NCBI GenBank assembly: GCA_964016885.1
Contig: OZ024742.1
Coordinates: 229,648,001 to 229,712,000, forward strand
DNA: 64,000 bases
Origin: Eledone cirrhosa
Lineage: Eukaryota
Direction: 5' to 3'
The position numbers and the translations under genes are program-made. Shown here piece by piece: positions 1 through 19,956 of this stretch; the first letter of the stretch is position 1; every line of letters starts with the position of its first letter. The notes under the pieces were generated by a model that searched no databases, was not told the DNA's origin, and saw only the letters and a program-made list of their open reading frames with translations.

Positions 1-2219
1 TCCGTCCGTCAAGCGCCCGACGACGCTGTTGGACGGCATGGACCTGCCTCTCCAGGTTCCGAGCTGCAGGCCCACTGACTTTTCCTGGTTGATTATTGCT
101 CCTGTCACCGCTTCGTATTCTTTTAGTGTAGTGCCGATCGCCTCGATGTGTTTGGCGTTCGACACCACTACGGTGACATCGTCGGCATATGCTGACACGG
201 ATCTTCCGCATCCTAGTTTAGCGCGGGACCCCCCCCCCCCCTCAACGTCTCCAGTTTGTGTAGTAATGGCTCGAGAGTCAATACGTACAAGAGGGACGAG
301 AGGGGACAAACTTGGCGGACCGAGCGCATGATGTTGAACGGTTCCGAAAGGTGACCGTTCACTCTCACCACAGAGCAGATGTCGCTGTGCATGTCAGCGA
401 TCCAGCTTCTGAAGACGGGCCCAAAGCCAGCCGCCCTCAGGACTGCCGCTAGAAACGATGGTCGACTCTATCGAAAGCTTTCGACTGATCTAAATTGATC
501 AAGGACCCACCCGTGCCAGGTTCCTTAGCTACACTCTCTACGATGTATCGCATGAGGTGGAGGTTGTCGTGGATGGATCTGTCGGGAATGGCGCATGTCT
601 GCGCCTCTCCCACCAGCCCACCAACGACAAGCGCCAACCTATTTGCTAGCACCTTGGCCAAAATCTTGAACTCTGTGTTTAGCAGAGTTATGGGCCTAAA
701 ATTATCTATGTTATCCCCCTTGTTCGGATCCTTTCTCAGCAGCGCCACAACTCCTCGTCTCACAGAGCTGGGAATTCTCCCGTTCTGTTGCCAGTTGCAG
801 TAGACGTCCGCCAAGAACCCTCCGAAAAAGTCTGGCATCTGTACGTAAAGTTCATAGGGCAGACCATCCAAACCAGGCGATTTACCCCTTGTGCAGCTAG
901 TCATTGCCTCCCGTACTTCAGCGGCTGTTATCGGCTTTTCGCAACACTCCGCCTCAGTGGCCGAGAGCCGCGGCAGTTCGTCGAGGTAGACACTAAAGTC
1001 CATCCCTCGAGCTGGCTCGCCGCTGCCCCCGAACAACTGAGCGAAGTGTCGCTAAAAAGCTTCACACATTTTCCCGGGATCGAGTAGCATGCGCCCGTCG
1101 TGGTCCACCAAAGACCGGATCGTGGCTTTGTTGCCACGACGCGCCTCCGCCACTCGGGCCCATTGAACGGCTTTCGTTCCCTCATGTCTGAGAGCACGCA
1201 CCCTAGCTCTGACAACGCAGCCTTCGTGCTTTGCATTGAAGAATTGGTCAAGGGCCAATTTCGCCGCAAGTACGTCGGTGGCGATGCCTTTGCTAAGCGC
1301 CTCGTCTAATTTTCTAACTAATTCTCCCTCTGCTCTATTTTTCTCTATTGCTAATGCCTTACTAAACCTAAGGGATTTTATTCTAATTGCTCTTTTCAGA
1401 GCAAACCACCACTTGTTGTTGACGATGGCCCCCGTCAACGCCCGCTTAACTAGTTCGCTAATCCGGTCTCTGTAAGCCTTGCGCGCTGTTAAGGACGCGT
1501 TTAGCTTCCAGTAGCCGGGTCCTCGTCTATGAAGCCTATCTAAGTCAAGCACACAGATCACGAATTTGTGGTCCGTGTAGCTGACTATCTTGAATTGTGG
1601 ACAGCCTATGCTAGACCTATCTATTTCTCTACAAAATACTCTATTTGGATGACCCTATGCGATTTGTCCAAGTCCACATTGGGACATTCGGGAAATCCAA
1701 TCGGTACCTGTCAGACAGTTCAAAACACCTGAGCAGGTTGGTGAGGCTCTTGCGCCCTCCTCCCCTATCCGCTAACCCCACACAGTCCCAGCGTGCATCT
1801 AAGATTCCGTTCCAGTCGCCCACTAACACTAAAGAGCGGGACGTTCCAAGAAAGGTCTCCAGACGCCGGAAGAAATCAGGCCGCCCTGCTCCTGTCGGGG
1901 CATAGACGGCCACTAACCTAAAAGCTTGCCCGTCTCCACCAACTTACCTTCTGGGTCCAGGAAGATGGCCCGTAGGTGAGATCCAAACCTCTTCGAAGAA
2001 GCACAGCAACTCCACCCCCCCCCCCCCGATCCAGGACGGCTGGGAGATGCGTACACATCGTAGCCGCCGAAGATCGGTGCCAAGGCCCGTGCTTCGGAGA
2101 TTCTGGTCTCGCTGATGGCCACTACATCTATGTTTAGTGACCTGAGGTCGTTGAGTAGGTGGCTGCCATGACGACCCCAAGCCACGCGCATTCAAGCTGC
2201 CTATTCTGAGTGAGGTCAT
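1..2219 (-). pseudogene. LINE ORF2 (APE endonuclease + reverse transcriptase), disrupted
   Basis: MTSLRIGSLNARGL, VAISET, LVGDWN, DHK, GPGYWKLN, KSPGLDGLP, FRPITLLNTEFKILAK, DQSKAFDRVDH, and SAYADDV near 170-195; several frameshifts and a stop at 449. Confidence 0.92.
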
Positions 2220-2746
2220 GTTGAAATGGAGTGGAAAAGTTGGGAAAGACCACTTACCTTACTTCTCGTAGAGGAAGGACGGTTTCTCCATCCTTTTCAC
2301 TGTTTGTGGCCTCCTCGGGAATGATGTCCTTATAAATCCTCCTGGAGAGCGCTTGTCGGAAGTCTCCGATGTCTTTGGGGAATTTTTGTTTGTGTCGTGT
2401 ACGTTTTCTGTGTGATGCGAGTGATTTGTATGTGTGGAGGTGGTGTGAACTTTTGGGTTGATGTGTAGTCTTTTCTGTGATGCTGGTGTTGTGTTTGATG
2501 TAGTGTAATAATTGGTTGTTGTTCAAATTTAATGCTGTGTAGTGTGTATCGTTTTGGTTGTTTTGTTTTGTTTGCGTTTGTTTTGTTTTGTTTCTGTTTC
2601 GCTTTTTGGTGACTTTTGAGGTGTTGGTGATGGTGGTGTTGGGGTTAATGATGGTGATAGTGTTGGTGTTTGTGGTGATGGGGTTGGTGATGCTGGTGTG
2701 GATGGTGGCATATCTGTCCTAACTTTTTTGTTTGATAGTTTATTTG

Positions 2747-4175
2747 TTACCCTCTGTATTTTGTTTTTGGAGGGGTAGGAAGAGGATTTTTTCTTTTTTG
2801 GTTTCCTTTTCTTTTTTTCTTTTTCCTCTGATACTGTTTCCCACTCCTCGTCGTCACAATCTGTTTCCAGTTGTGATAGGTCGTGGAGTGGAAAATCCTA
2901 ACAGGCGTTGGTTTTGGTTGTGGTGTGGTGGATGGTGTAGGCGCTGGTGCTAGTTCTGGCGCGTTGGGTGGTGGTGGTGTTGGTTTTGCTACTGTTGCTG
3001 GGGTTGTTGCTGTTACAGTTGCTACTGTTGTTGCTGCTACCGTTGTTGCTGCCATTTTTGCTGCTGGTGGTGTTGATGGTTGAGTCACTGGGGTGAGTAA
3101 GAGAGGTGGCCTCAACCTTTTAGCCTGAGGGCAGAAAGCCCTTAGGTGGATTCCTTCACCACAAACGACACACCTAGGCCTTCTGCCCTCGACGATTACG
3201 GTGAGGTGGCTGCCGTCAGTCAGGTCTATTATCTCTGGGATCTCCTCAATGGTTTTTTGGTCCGCTTGGATCAGGAGCTCCATCCCAGATCTGGACCAGT
3301 TCTCCTGCTTTTCTTTCGCCATTTCGATTATCTTGGTGTTGGCTTCGATGCCGGCGAGGACGGTAACTATTAGACAAGGAATTTCGATGGCCGGTGGAAC
3401 GTGGGTCACCTCGATCTTCACTAGTTTCTGACCACAATAGCTTGGGACGTGTGTGAAGTCGTCACTTCTTAATGGGGCCATGGAGTGTTCTCTGGCCTCC
3501 TGTGGTGTTTCAAAGAACACGTCCACGGTTCCATATTTCTGCCCACGTCTGACGTGGGGCTTTTTTGCCCACACATGTCCCAAAGCTTTTTGGATTTGGG
3601 ACTCGGATACCCGTTCCACTCGGCGCGATTTTATGTTAATCGTCCGATAAGACACGGTGCATAGGCGCCGATGGTCCATTTTATTAGGTTGGGGGGGGGG
3701 GGGGGTTGCTGACCCTGTACCCATCTTTCTTTACCATTTTTTTGGCTTCTTCTAATTCCTCCTGAGTTACCTGGAATGCTTCGAATTTTTTTGATACTCT
3801 GGCAAAACTCAGGGTGGTTTTGTTAATTTCATTGTTGCTGTTGTTGTTATCGTTATTTTTGTTATTGTTAATTTTAGTTTCAGTTGTGATGCTGGTGATG
3901 GCGTCAGTGGTGTTCGATGTGGAAGAGTTCATTTTGGTTGAATTCATTTCGATATCACGAGTTAATTTATTTTTTTCTTTTGTTTCTGTTGTCGCTGTGG
4001 TGGCTTTAACACCTGCAGTCATTGGTAATGGCGGGAAATGAATGTCTGCCTGAGACAAATTTAAAATATTGCTACTGCTTATATTTTTAGAGTTGGCAAA
4101 CGTAGTAATATTTACAATGGTGGTGTCGGTGTGAGGTGTTAGTTTGTGAGGAAGGTGTGACTCTGAGTTGTCCAT
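2747..4175 (-). pseudogene. LINE ORF1 (gag-like), frameshifted
   Basis: ORFs 3684-4175 and 2747-3724 overlap at a G-run near 3690-3705; Cx2Cx4Hx4C knuckle CVVCGEGIHLRAFC; Pro/Thr-rich then basic C-terminus. Confidence 0.8.
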
Positions 4176-4397
4176 GATTTTTCAAAGAAAAATCTTTGTT
4201 TGATAATTATAAAAGTTTAGATTTTGGGCTCAAGGCCCCAATCCTTTTGAGTGTCCTTTTCAGAAAACAATGTATGTGCATATGTGCACTTATATAGAGT
4301 TAACAATAAAACATTTCCATAAATGGCAATTTTAAACAACTGAAAATAACAAACCTTTGCGGAGCTCACGATAATATGATTTACTACTTAGGTCGCC

Positions 4398-4451
<54 letters not shown>
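4398..4451. repeat. (AAT)n microsatellite
   Basis: Direct reading. Confidence 0.95.
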
Positions 4452-4681
4452 TCACTGATATGAAGATCCATTAGTGATTGCATTGAGGAATTGTGAAGGT
4501 ATGATGTAATAATGTTATTTAGATATTTGTTTTCGTTCATGTCACAAAAAATATAATTGAATAATGATGAAGGATTGATATATTCCTTTGTTTTTTTTTC
4601 GCACCTCGAATGATGATAATACTTTAGCAACACTCCTTTAATATAAATATAAGGTTAAATAAATGTTTTGCATTACAGACA

Positions 4682-4752
<71 letters not shown>

Positions 4753-4754
4753 TC

Positions 4755-4814
<60 letters not shown>

Positions 4815-7457
4815 GCCTAAATACGCCCCCCCCCCCCCATATATATATAATTTTATAGATTTACCGTATTTTGAAAGAAAATATAATTTAATGAGTCTCT
4901 AATCGGAAGATATATCTAATGTAGCTTGGAGCAAAAATTCAAACTGTATTGTAAATTAATTTTGTTTTCAGTCTTTACGATTCAAAATGGTGGCTACTAA
5001 TCGAGATAAGCTTATGGTTGGAAATTCTTTAAGTGTCTGTTTCATAATATCATATATCAGCTACGTTTATAGTGGTGTGTATATTAGCAGACCTGAAGTT
5101 AACAATTTTATGAAAATTTAACGAAAGTAGAAGACGAAAAAAAAAAAAAAATTGAATAAATAAATAAAAATAAATAATTAAAGAACGAAAAGCGAAACGG
5201 AAATAATTTTCTTTCGGAACATCAAGGAGAAAATTGACATTGCTCCAAGTGAAATTTATACGATCATTTTATATGAAAATGAAGACTCGTGTTTACGTCT
5301 TTACTATTGATATAGTTTAATAGTCATCCAGAATATGCAATATTGACCTAATCTTACTAGATAATACATATTGTAGAAAACGTATATGATAAAGATCTCA
5401 GTAAGAAATTCGGTGCCTCGTATTGACAGAGTCAGTTAGGGCATCGAATTATCTACCTCAGTATTTGATCCGAATCTCTGCCGTCTAAGTTGAAATCCTG
5501 TAGAAGTCAACTTTGCGTTTTCTTTTTCGAAGGTCGATAAATAAAGTAGCATTCCAGGGCCAGTGGATTGGAGGAATTGCTAGAGAGTCAAACAGAAAGA
5601 TTTGCAATGTCGTTTCTGGCTCTATGCGTTCTGAATTCAAATCTCATTTCTTTCTGCCAGGTGTCACGGCCGACAGACAGTATCAGCAATAGAAATACCA
5701 ATGCAAACACTCTTTCTCTGGTCCGATCAGACGATCGGCTCCTTTATTTATTAATTCATCTATTTCAGATTTTGGATACCTTCAACTTAATGCAAGACCG
5801 ATAAGAAAGCAAAACGAATCCTCGATCAGAGTGTACTTCTGAACCGGAATGATAGAGAAATTAATTACACATCATTTATTATGCAAACCTCTGTAGACAC
5901 AATATGGCTAAATAGGTAAGAAATTCTCTTCTTAATAATAAGATCCCGCATGCCGATCCCACCTTAGAGCTGCTGAAACAAATGTCTTTAACTATAACCT
6001 CGTGTCGACGCAAACCTTTTGAGTGAAATTGGAAAGAGGGGAAACTGTTTGAGTCTCATTAGATGGACTAATCTGTAATTCAAAGAACTGTACTTATGAA
6101 ACTATCGCATTTAATCTCCCCGAGATTAATTTATGGGTACACCTGACTATACCAAAAACAGGTTGATTTGACGAGCTTGCAGTTCCAGTGACCAACTGAC
6201 TGGAAAACTCTTCGTCGATATCAAAGGACGTTCATTCCATGTCCTCCTCCTACAATATATATGTGTAAAAGAGAAACAAAAGTGAAATCACATTGTATTT
6301 GACACAGACACTCAAACATATCTCAACATTAGAAATTGCCTTACAAGCATGAGATAATACATCCAGGAAAAAAAGGAAAACATTTAGAATCCTTTAGTTT
6401 AATTTCATAATGGTTCTTTAATACTGCCACTATTGAATATGTTAATTATCGTAATATTTTCGCTCTTCAAACGTATCCAACAGAACCAATCACGTTATAG
6501 GGGTGTTACATCTACGTGTTCATAGTCAGCTGTTGTTACTGGTCTCTATCTTCCGTCGTGTTCAAAATGATCGTAGTGTTGTGACCAGTCCAATTTCCAT
6601 GTTCTTGTTGGTCATTGATTTTCTTTACCTCCTCCGTCTTCTAATGTACCCTATGTATGGGAGGAAAACTGGATGCAGGGATTCATGGGTGGAAAACTGG
6701 TTGCATCATGCACCAGGCGAGCTGCAGTCTTTTAACCACCGTAAAGAGTGTTTACAGTCTGCTAATAGATCCAGTTTCAAACGTAAGTGTGTCAAATATA
6801 CCGATGTAGTTATATTCTGGCATATACTCAAAGAAGAAAACACATTTGAAAACAGCAAACATTGATTAGTTTTTCAGAGACTATATCTGCGAGGTGTTAG
6901 ACACAAACTTTAATATAATTGTTTTAGTACAATTACAAGTTTTATATATGTCTCTATACCCGACATTGTGGAAATATCTATATTGAAATTTCATGCGTAT
7001 GTTGTTCCTTTGTTCCAACAACTGAAATACTCATGGTCGAAACCGTCGTAGCTAAACTATTATGTGTCCTTTCAATACATGTTCAGCTTATTTATTACAT
7101 AAACCGATAACATACGGATATAAAATCTCGATTAAAGTATATCGATCATCATTAACTGATCTAAGATGTCATCAATTCTCGTAGCTACGTGTTCAATCTG
7201 AATAGATTCATAAGGCCATCGCATTAAACCCTTTAAATCTCCTGCTGAATACATTTTTAAACCTTTAAAACATACACCTTGTAATCCTCTTAGCATTGTT
7301 CAACAGCAGAGAAATAATATAAAGCACAGCTACCGAAATGTAAGTTATAATGATGTTGAAAGCCGAGTATATATTTCATTTACTACCATTTCATACGTTA
7401 TAGTAGTAGTTACACAACTAATTTTCTATCGTTTTCTTATATAACTTATAAATATAC

Positions 7458-7511
<54 letters not shown>

Positions 7512-7514
<3 letters not shown>

Positions 7515-7682
7515 GAAGGAAATGTGGTAAGGAACCAGATGGACCATAACGTACTAAAGTACTCAATACTTAGGGTAGTAGAGTGGGTAATAGGAACAAG
7601 TAGGACCCCAACGGCTGAGCTCAAGCCGTTTCGACGGCTAATTCTGGACTAAAAAGAGTCCAGAATTAGCCGTCGAAACGGG
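7512..7682. repeat. Palindromic (TA)n-embedded repeat family P
   Basis: About 100 bp unique arm plus hairpin ccgtttcgacggctaattctggact-aaaaag-agtccagaattagccgtcgaaacgg; homologues at 13241, 21597, 31170, 57594 and 59406. Confidence 0.8.
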
Positions 7683-8230
7683 CATTATAATAAATGTTCG
7701 GTGAATCCATACGTACATATATATATGTGTGCATGTATGTATATATATAAACATACTCCGGTACGTCTGTATACATATATGTATGTACGTATACATACTT
7801 ATATTTAAGTAAGAGCCGTACTAAGAGTGTGAAATGAAATTTCGTTTCATTTTTTCCGTTTATCGTCTTCGGTGCATCCAGCCGATTAACCCACTCGATA
7901 TGCAAATTAGGCTGCTCAGCCGTTAATATGCATAAGGAAAGTATATACTTTCAGACGTTAAATCATCTGGCAGGAAGGTATACGTTGCCGACGATAGCTA
8001 ATAAGCTTGAAACTAGTTCAGCGTTCCTTTGTCAGTGTTGAACAAACGAGCAACGATGGTTGCTAGACACTACGGCTTAATACGGGATGTTTGTTTACAA
8101 ACGCACCGAGCATTATAATAAAAGTTCGGTGAATCCATAGGTACATATATATATATATATATATATGTGCATGTATGTATATATATATATACTACTGTAC
8201 GTCTGTATGCATATATGTATTTACGTATAT
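7683..8230 (+). repeat. Diverged copy (about 1.3 units, period about 427 bp) of HHR repeat family A
   Basis: gcattataataaa...gttcggtgaatccat recurs at about 7682 and 8110; reverse-complement similarity to 33705-34836; octamer at 7900-7907. Confidence 0.85.
7982..8024 (+). ncRNA. Hammerhead ribozyme type I, degenerate (family A)
   Basis: ACGUUG-CCGACGA-UAGCU aaua AGCUU-GAAA-CUAG-UU-CAGCGU; core U4 changed to C. Confidence 0.7.
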
Positions 8231-8255
8231 ATATATATATATATATATATACACT

Positions 8256-8332
<77 letters not shown>

Positions 8333-8681
8333 GATAACAAGTTATCGTTATAGGTAATCCAGTTAGAGGTTTAGAGTGCTCTGCGTCGTAGATAGTTTTA
8401 GCAAGTGAATTATTTTCATATCTACGTACTCTGATGTTTTGACCATAGGTGAATAATGTATTGGAGATCGAATAACGCAACATCAAGCGATTACCGTACC
8501 CTAGAGCCGCATGATCAACGAAACAATTGTCAGTACTTTAAATAAATGTTTCTACTTTTGGCACAAGGCCAGCAAATATCCAGTGTATTACTGGTACTTT
8601 ATTTTATCGACCCTTTAAGGATGAAAGGCAAAGTTAAAGTCCTTATTGTACAGCCAACCATGTTAATCTTCATTCTTTAAC

Positions 8682-8722
<41 letters not shown>

Positions 8723-8729
8723 GTGTGTG

Positions 8730-8760
<31 letters not shown>

Positions 8761-9659
8761 GTGTGAATGTATGTATGTGTATACTTGTACATACACAGAT
8801 ACTTTCCTTTTTGTCGTTCCTGGAGAGTTGCGAAAATGATTGAAAGAGCCGTGGTTGTAATTTTCCTTTCGTGGTCTTTTCGGTGGAATTTGAACTCAGA
8901 GAGCAAATGAGCTAACCAGCACAACATTATATTTCAGCTATCACTCTAATGACCGTAACATACTGCCGTGTAGTGTGCTGGGCTATATAATTTGAATCAT
9001 TTGCATTATGGTAGTGATGCTTTCTAAAATTTCGAAGTAGTTTGAAAAAGAGTAAAGTTAGTTCAGAGGATTACGTGTGTTTGAAAAGCATTACAACTTA
9101 TTCAGCAGGGATTGAAAGGTGTTATATATAAGACCTTATAAATCTATTCAAATCGACCACGTAACTTCGATATTTGATCGGATCTTCGATTAATTAATAT
9201 CGACCGATACACGTTAATCGAGGTTTTAGCATATTTAACGTAAATTGTATAGCAGTGGATTTAAATCCATAATGAAGTACTGAAACACAAGCTATAATCT
9301 ATGTTTAACGTGAGAAATCATTGGTAACATGGTAGGCGGCGGCGCTGGATTGACAGAATCATTAAAACGTTGAATTAGTGGAGGCTTCACTTTCGGCTCT
9401 TCCCTTTGCGGGATCAAATCCCGCTCAAGTCACCGTTGTCTTTTACAAATCCGGTGACACATGGCATAAAATACAAGCCAATAACTCTCTTTTAGCGATA
9501 TTGGCAGAGGGTTGCGTAACTATTTATATCGCGAGTTGAAATTCCACTTAGGTAGAAGTGACAACCGCAGAGGCAAAAACATATATTACATGGTAGATTG
9601 GCGAAATTCATAGGTAATTCAACAAAATACTTTGTGGTTCTTTTCAATGGCTGATAATA

Positions 9660-10110
9660 CCTTACCGGTGTGGAAGTAGGACTTTCGTAAAGACTTGAAG
9701 ATCCGCCTCTTCGTTGCGACAGTGGAGTCTGTGCTACTGTACGGGTCTGAGACTTGGACACTGACCAAGAAACTCATTCAGAAGGTGGATGAGTGCCCCA
9801 CAAAAATGCTGAGGATGGCTCTGAACATTCATCAGTATACACTGAGGATGAAGAACTCAGAGATGTACGGGAACCTCCCAAAAATCAGCTCGAAATTAAC
9901 ACAAAGAAGACTGAGGTTAGCTGGACATGCTCACCAACATTCAGGTTTGACACTGCACTCAGTGCACCTGTGGGAGCCTCTACACGGACACACTAGAAGA
10001 AGGAGACCGAGGTTGCCATATGTTGATGAAGGTAGACGCAGGATATGGCGTTGATGATGAAGGACAGAGACCGCTGGAGAGAACTCATCCATGGATCTCG
10101 AGAATGTTAT
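9660..10110 (+). mobile_element. RTE-like LINE 3' fragment
   Basis: KIRLFVATVESVLLYGSETWTLTK...RRLRLAGH...LWEP.HG..RR.RP motifs typical of RTE ORF C-termini. Confidence 0.85.
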
Positions 10111-10216
10111 CCTCCTGAGATAGAAAGTTACTTTGTGATATTTGCTGGGCCTTTTATACTGAGAGTTCAATCACGCTACGGTTAACGTTAAGTTTCAAAC
10201 TTCTAGGATTGATAAA

Positions 10217-10402
10217 ATAATTGTTTCTACTTTAGGCACAAGGCCAGCAATTACCCAGTGCATTACTGGCACTTTATTTTATCGACCCCGTAAGGGTGAA
10301 AGGCAAAGTCAACCTCGGCGGGATTTGAACTCAGATCATAAAGGGACGTAACTATGCTGGAAAGCATGGCGTCCGACCCCCTACCGATACTGCCAATCCA
10401 CC
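10217..10402 (-). mobile_element. tRNA-derived SINE
   Basis: B-box GAGTTCAAATCC followed by cgccgaggttgactttgcctttcacccttacggggtcgataa core; many copies in the window. Confidence 0.8.
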
Positions 10403-11330
10403 GATAATGTCAGTTCAGAGCGGTTGAGTTGCCCAGATGGTTGAAAGTTGGACAAAATGAAATGTGGTATTTGTTCGGCGCTTCCTGTTATGCTTTCAAA
10501 TTGTGATTAGGTCAAGGTTATATACTTTCAAGGTTGATAAAATAAAGTAACAGTCCAAGACAGTGGATTTGCGGAATCATCATTGTTAGCTGCTACAACT
10601 CCCACAGGTTTAGTTGGCATATTACTTACGTTGCATCTCATAGGCTTCTCGTGTGTATTAAGGATACGTGTCCTAGTTCTATAGTATTGGAGTTATAGCT
10701 CACACATATGCAGGTTTAGCTGGTCTCATACGAGGTTGCATCATTAATGACAGGGGTCCCAGTTTTGTAATGTGGGTTTTACAGCTCACAGCTATATGTA
10801 GAGTTAACTGGCCATTACATGATTGCATCTCATAAATTTCTCTAATTAATTTTACAGCGTAAACCTACAGAGCTTTAACTGGACCCCCTATGGTATTAAC
10901 TCTCAGAGGAGGTTACTTGAGGGTTATAATGATATTGAGCCCTGCAATATCATAAAAAGCAGCATCTTGTTAAACATGCAATGTACTGCCATATGTGAAT
11001 TTAGATGTATTTTGTTGATTTTTTTGTATCGCTTACTGTCCACAATTTATGTGTATTAGCATACACAGACGTATACACACACAAACACACACTCACACAC
11101 ACTCAAACGCTGATACATACACACATCTATATATAATTAAAATACATGATAAATAATTATATATTTCCGTCATTTCATGAAGGTTGCAGATTAATCTCAA
11201 GAATATTAATCTGCAGTGATTTATAGTATACGATCATGAAACTTTGAGTTGCCAGAAGTTTAAATGATGTAAAGTACCTTTCCTAATTACAATTCACAAT
11301 CAGAGAACGATATATATATGTAGATACATA

Positions 11331-17200
<5,870 letters not shown>

Positions 17201-17208
17201 TATTCTTT

Positions 17209-17275
<67 letters not shown>

Positions 17276-17559
17276 ATATATGTATTTTAACGGCTTGCTT
17301 CTCTTCATCAACGTTGATTATAATTGCTCTGCTTAACTTCGCACAGTAAATATTAACGCCCCTAATATTTAACCCTGTTTGCAGAAGCATCGAGCACGAA
17401 TGCACCTGCTTTTGGCAAATAATCATCTGAATCGTTTCTCTCTATACCTCTTCTTTCCATCCTCTCCCACGATACTGTAACTTTTTATTTTATATATACA
17501 TATTTTTTTTTTACCCGGTCCATACATCCGGCTGAGGCCATTCTGGGGCACCGCCCTTG

Positions 17560-19903
17560 TTGCTACACGTTCTATCTCCAGCCTGTGTTGGCTGACCATT
17601 AGTGTAAGTGGGAGTTCTCGGCTGCTGCCCTTAGGTTTCCTTCGTACAGTTTCTTTCTGATGATTCGTTCTATGCCCTTACTGTTATGTGACGTCAGGTA
17701 ATTTTATTCATGTTGGTGAGTTTCACCAGGCTTCTGACATTCAACAGCAGCACTGGTGTGACATTTCGTGTGTTGGCAGCTATGGGAACATTTTTTTTTT
17801 TTAACATTAGCAGGGTGGGTCTAACTCAGTAGATATCGTGCAGTGTTTTGGTGGGAAACAAATAGACGGTTAATAGTGCCATTATACCTTGCACACTGGT
17901 ATACCTAATGCAGGAGGGCTGTTTTGGGGTGTGATGTAGAAGACTGTAGAGATTTGATGCTATTCATGTCCAAGTTGTATGTTCATAAGTTTAATTAATC
18001 TATGATGTTATTCGGCTTCAGGCAGTAGGTTCATAATATTATTTAAACCCATCCCAGCCAGGAGGAAGAATATAGCAGGGTGAGCCCAACTCAGTAGGTG
18101 CTGCTCAGCGTCCCGGTGGGAAACCGATGGGTGATTGATGGTGTCATTAGACGCTGCACATTGGTAAACCTACTGCAGGTGGGTCAGGCCAGGGTGCGAT
18201 GCAGAGAGCTGTAGGGATATGACTGTGCATTTATAGATTACGTTTCTAATCAAGCAGTAGCGTTGGAGCGGACAGTTGTTAGAGTTTCGGCAATTGCAGT
18301 GTTTATTGTTGCTATTTCTAAAATGGTGAGGACTGTTGCTAACCCTATTACTATCATTATCACCATCACCATTGTTACAATTGTTGCGGTTGGCATTATT
18401 GTAGTTATAGTCCTGCGAGATGGTGCTATCTTTATTGCTCGTATTAGAGCGCCTTCTACGGCCGTTGTTATCACTGCTATGGTATCTGACCTGGTCATCG
18501 ACCTCCCTACTAGTGCTGCGGTTAGTTTCTATGGTGTTACTATTGTAGACGCTACTGTTAATACTATGATTACTGTCCTGGTTACCATTACTGCTACTAT
18601 TCTGGGCAACGGAGTTGTTACGGTTAATCGGGTAGACATATTCACCAATGTTGGCATTACAGGCTGGTTTTATTCTAGTGAGCTTACTGGGGTTGCATAG
18701 TGCTATGATGTCTACTAAATTTGGTGTAGTAAAATAAGATATCTTGACATTATTGTTGTTGAGGATCTTGTGGTACCTGTGGTTAGGTGGGAAGTTCCTC
18801 TCTAAGGCATCGAAGAAGATTCTGGGTATGTTAGAGGCTAGGCTCATAGAGCAGGGGGGAAGAAACCATATGACATTACGCCAGCGTTTCCGTGTCGCCG
18901 CAGGGTTGGTGCGGACGTTTAGGACCTGGTGGGTGTTTCTACCAAGACGGTTGGGCTGCTGCCTATTGTGTGCTCTGCGCATATTAGCCCCATGTGCTAA
19001 CCTCTCTATAGTGAGTAGCATCTCACATATAACCTCGAGGCTGTCGGCCAACGAGGACCTCTTCGACCAAACCCCCGACTACTACAACAAAGCACTAGCT
19101 AATATGCGCATATTAGCCCCATGTGCTGGGTCTCTCTGGGTTACCCTATGCTTGCCGGTAGGTGTTGGTAAGATACTGTCACTATTATTAAGCCTGTATG
19201 CGGGGCAATTTTCTAGTAGCTTGCTGTTAATTCTATTGCCTGATCTAAGTTGGTACGGGTGTGGGATTTTTCTTGGCCCACCACCCTTGTTATGATGCCG
19301 GCCAAAGCTAGACGCATTACTAGTTCGACCCGTATGTTTCCCGTTAACAAGCCGCCTGTTGCTGTGGTTATTGGTGCAGCACGCTATTACACTGATCCTA
19401 AGGTAGGGGACCCAAGTAGAGCCTGCGTCATGGATGTACAAAATCCTGCTGCTATAACCTAAGTTAGCTAGTGCTTTGTTGTAGTAGTCGGGGGTTTGGC
19501 CGAAGAGGTCCTCGTTGGCCGACAGCCTCGAGGTTATATGTGAGATGCTACTCACTATAGAGATAAGTGTAGATTTGGGGTGATTATATGCTTTGTTGAT
19601 GTAAGACAGGACCTCACCTGGCTTGTGGTATGGTCTGTATAAGCCAGTATCTAATTGTAACGTTACATCCAGGAAGTTAACTTTAACTGTTTTATGGTTG
19701 TGGTCTATTGTAACTGAGAGGACGTATGTTTTAAAGAACTTATGTATATGCTTGTTGAGGTTTTCTATCCTACGTGGGCTGTGATTCCTAACAGTAAATA
19801 GTGCATCGTCCCGTTATACACCTCCTTGTAGTACAGGGATCTCGTCCCTGAGCTTGTGTAGGAGGTATATTCCAACCAGGTCGGTTACCTGCGAGTCACT
19901 CGA

Positions 19904-19905
<2 letters not shown>
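17560..19905 (-). mobile_element. Decayed Penelope-like element (RT C-terminus, Asn-rich linker, truncated GIY-YIG)
   Basis: DLVGIYLL...GV*RDDA (YRDD with stop), VNFLDVTL, YRPYHKP, RNVIWFLPP, CNCRNSNNCPLQRYCLIRNVIYKCTV. Confidence 0.85.

Positions 19906-19956
<51 letters not shown>

Larger units (their letters stand above)
1..4397 (-). mobile_element. L1/Tx1-clade non-LTR retrotransposon (5' UTR, ORF1, ORF2 EN+RT), running off the window start
   Basis: ORF1 with CCHC knuckle followed by APE endonuclease and RT motifs on the minus strand; GC-rich relative to flanks; 5' end abuts an (AAT)n tract. Confidence 0.93.

Noticed and set aside
6490-6865. Possible host exon or 120-aa ORF
   Set aside because: No recognisable domain, and the minus frames contain stops.
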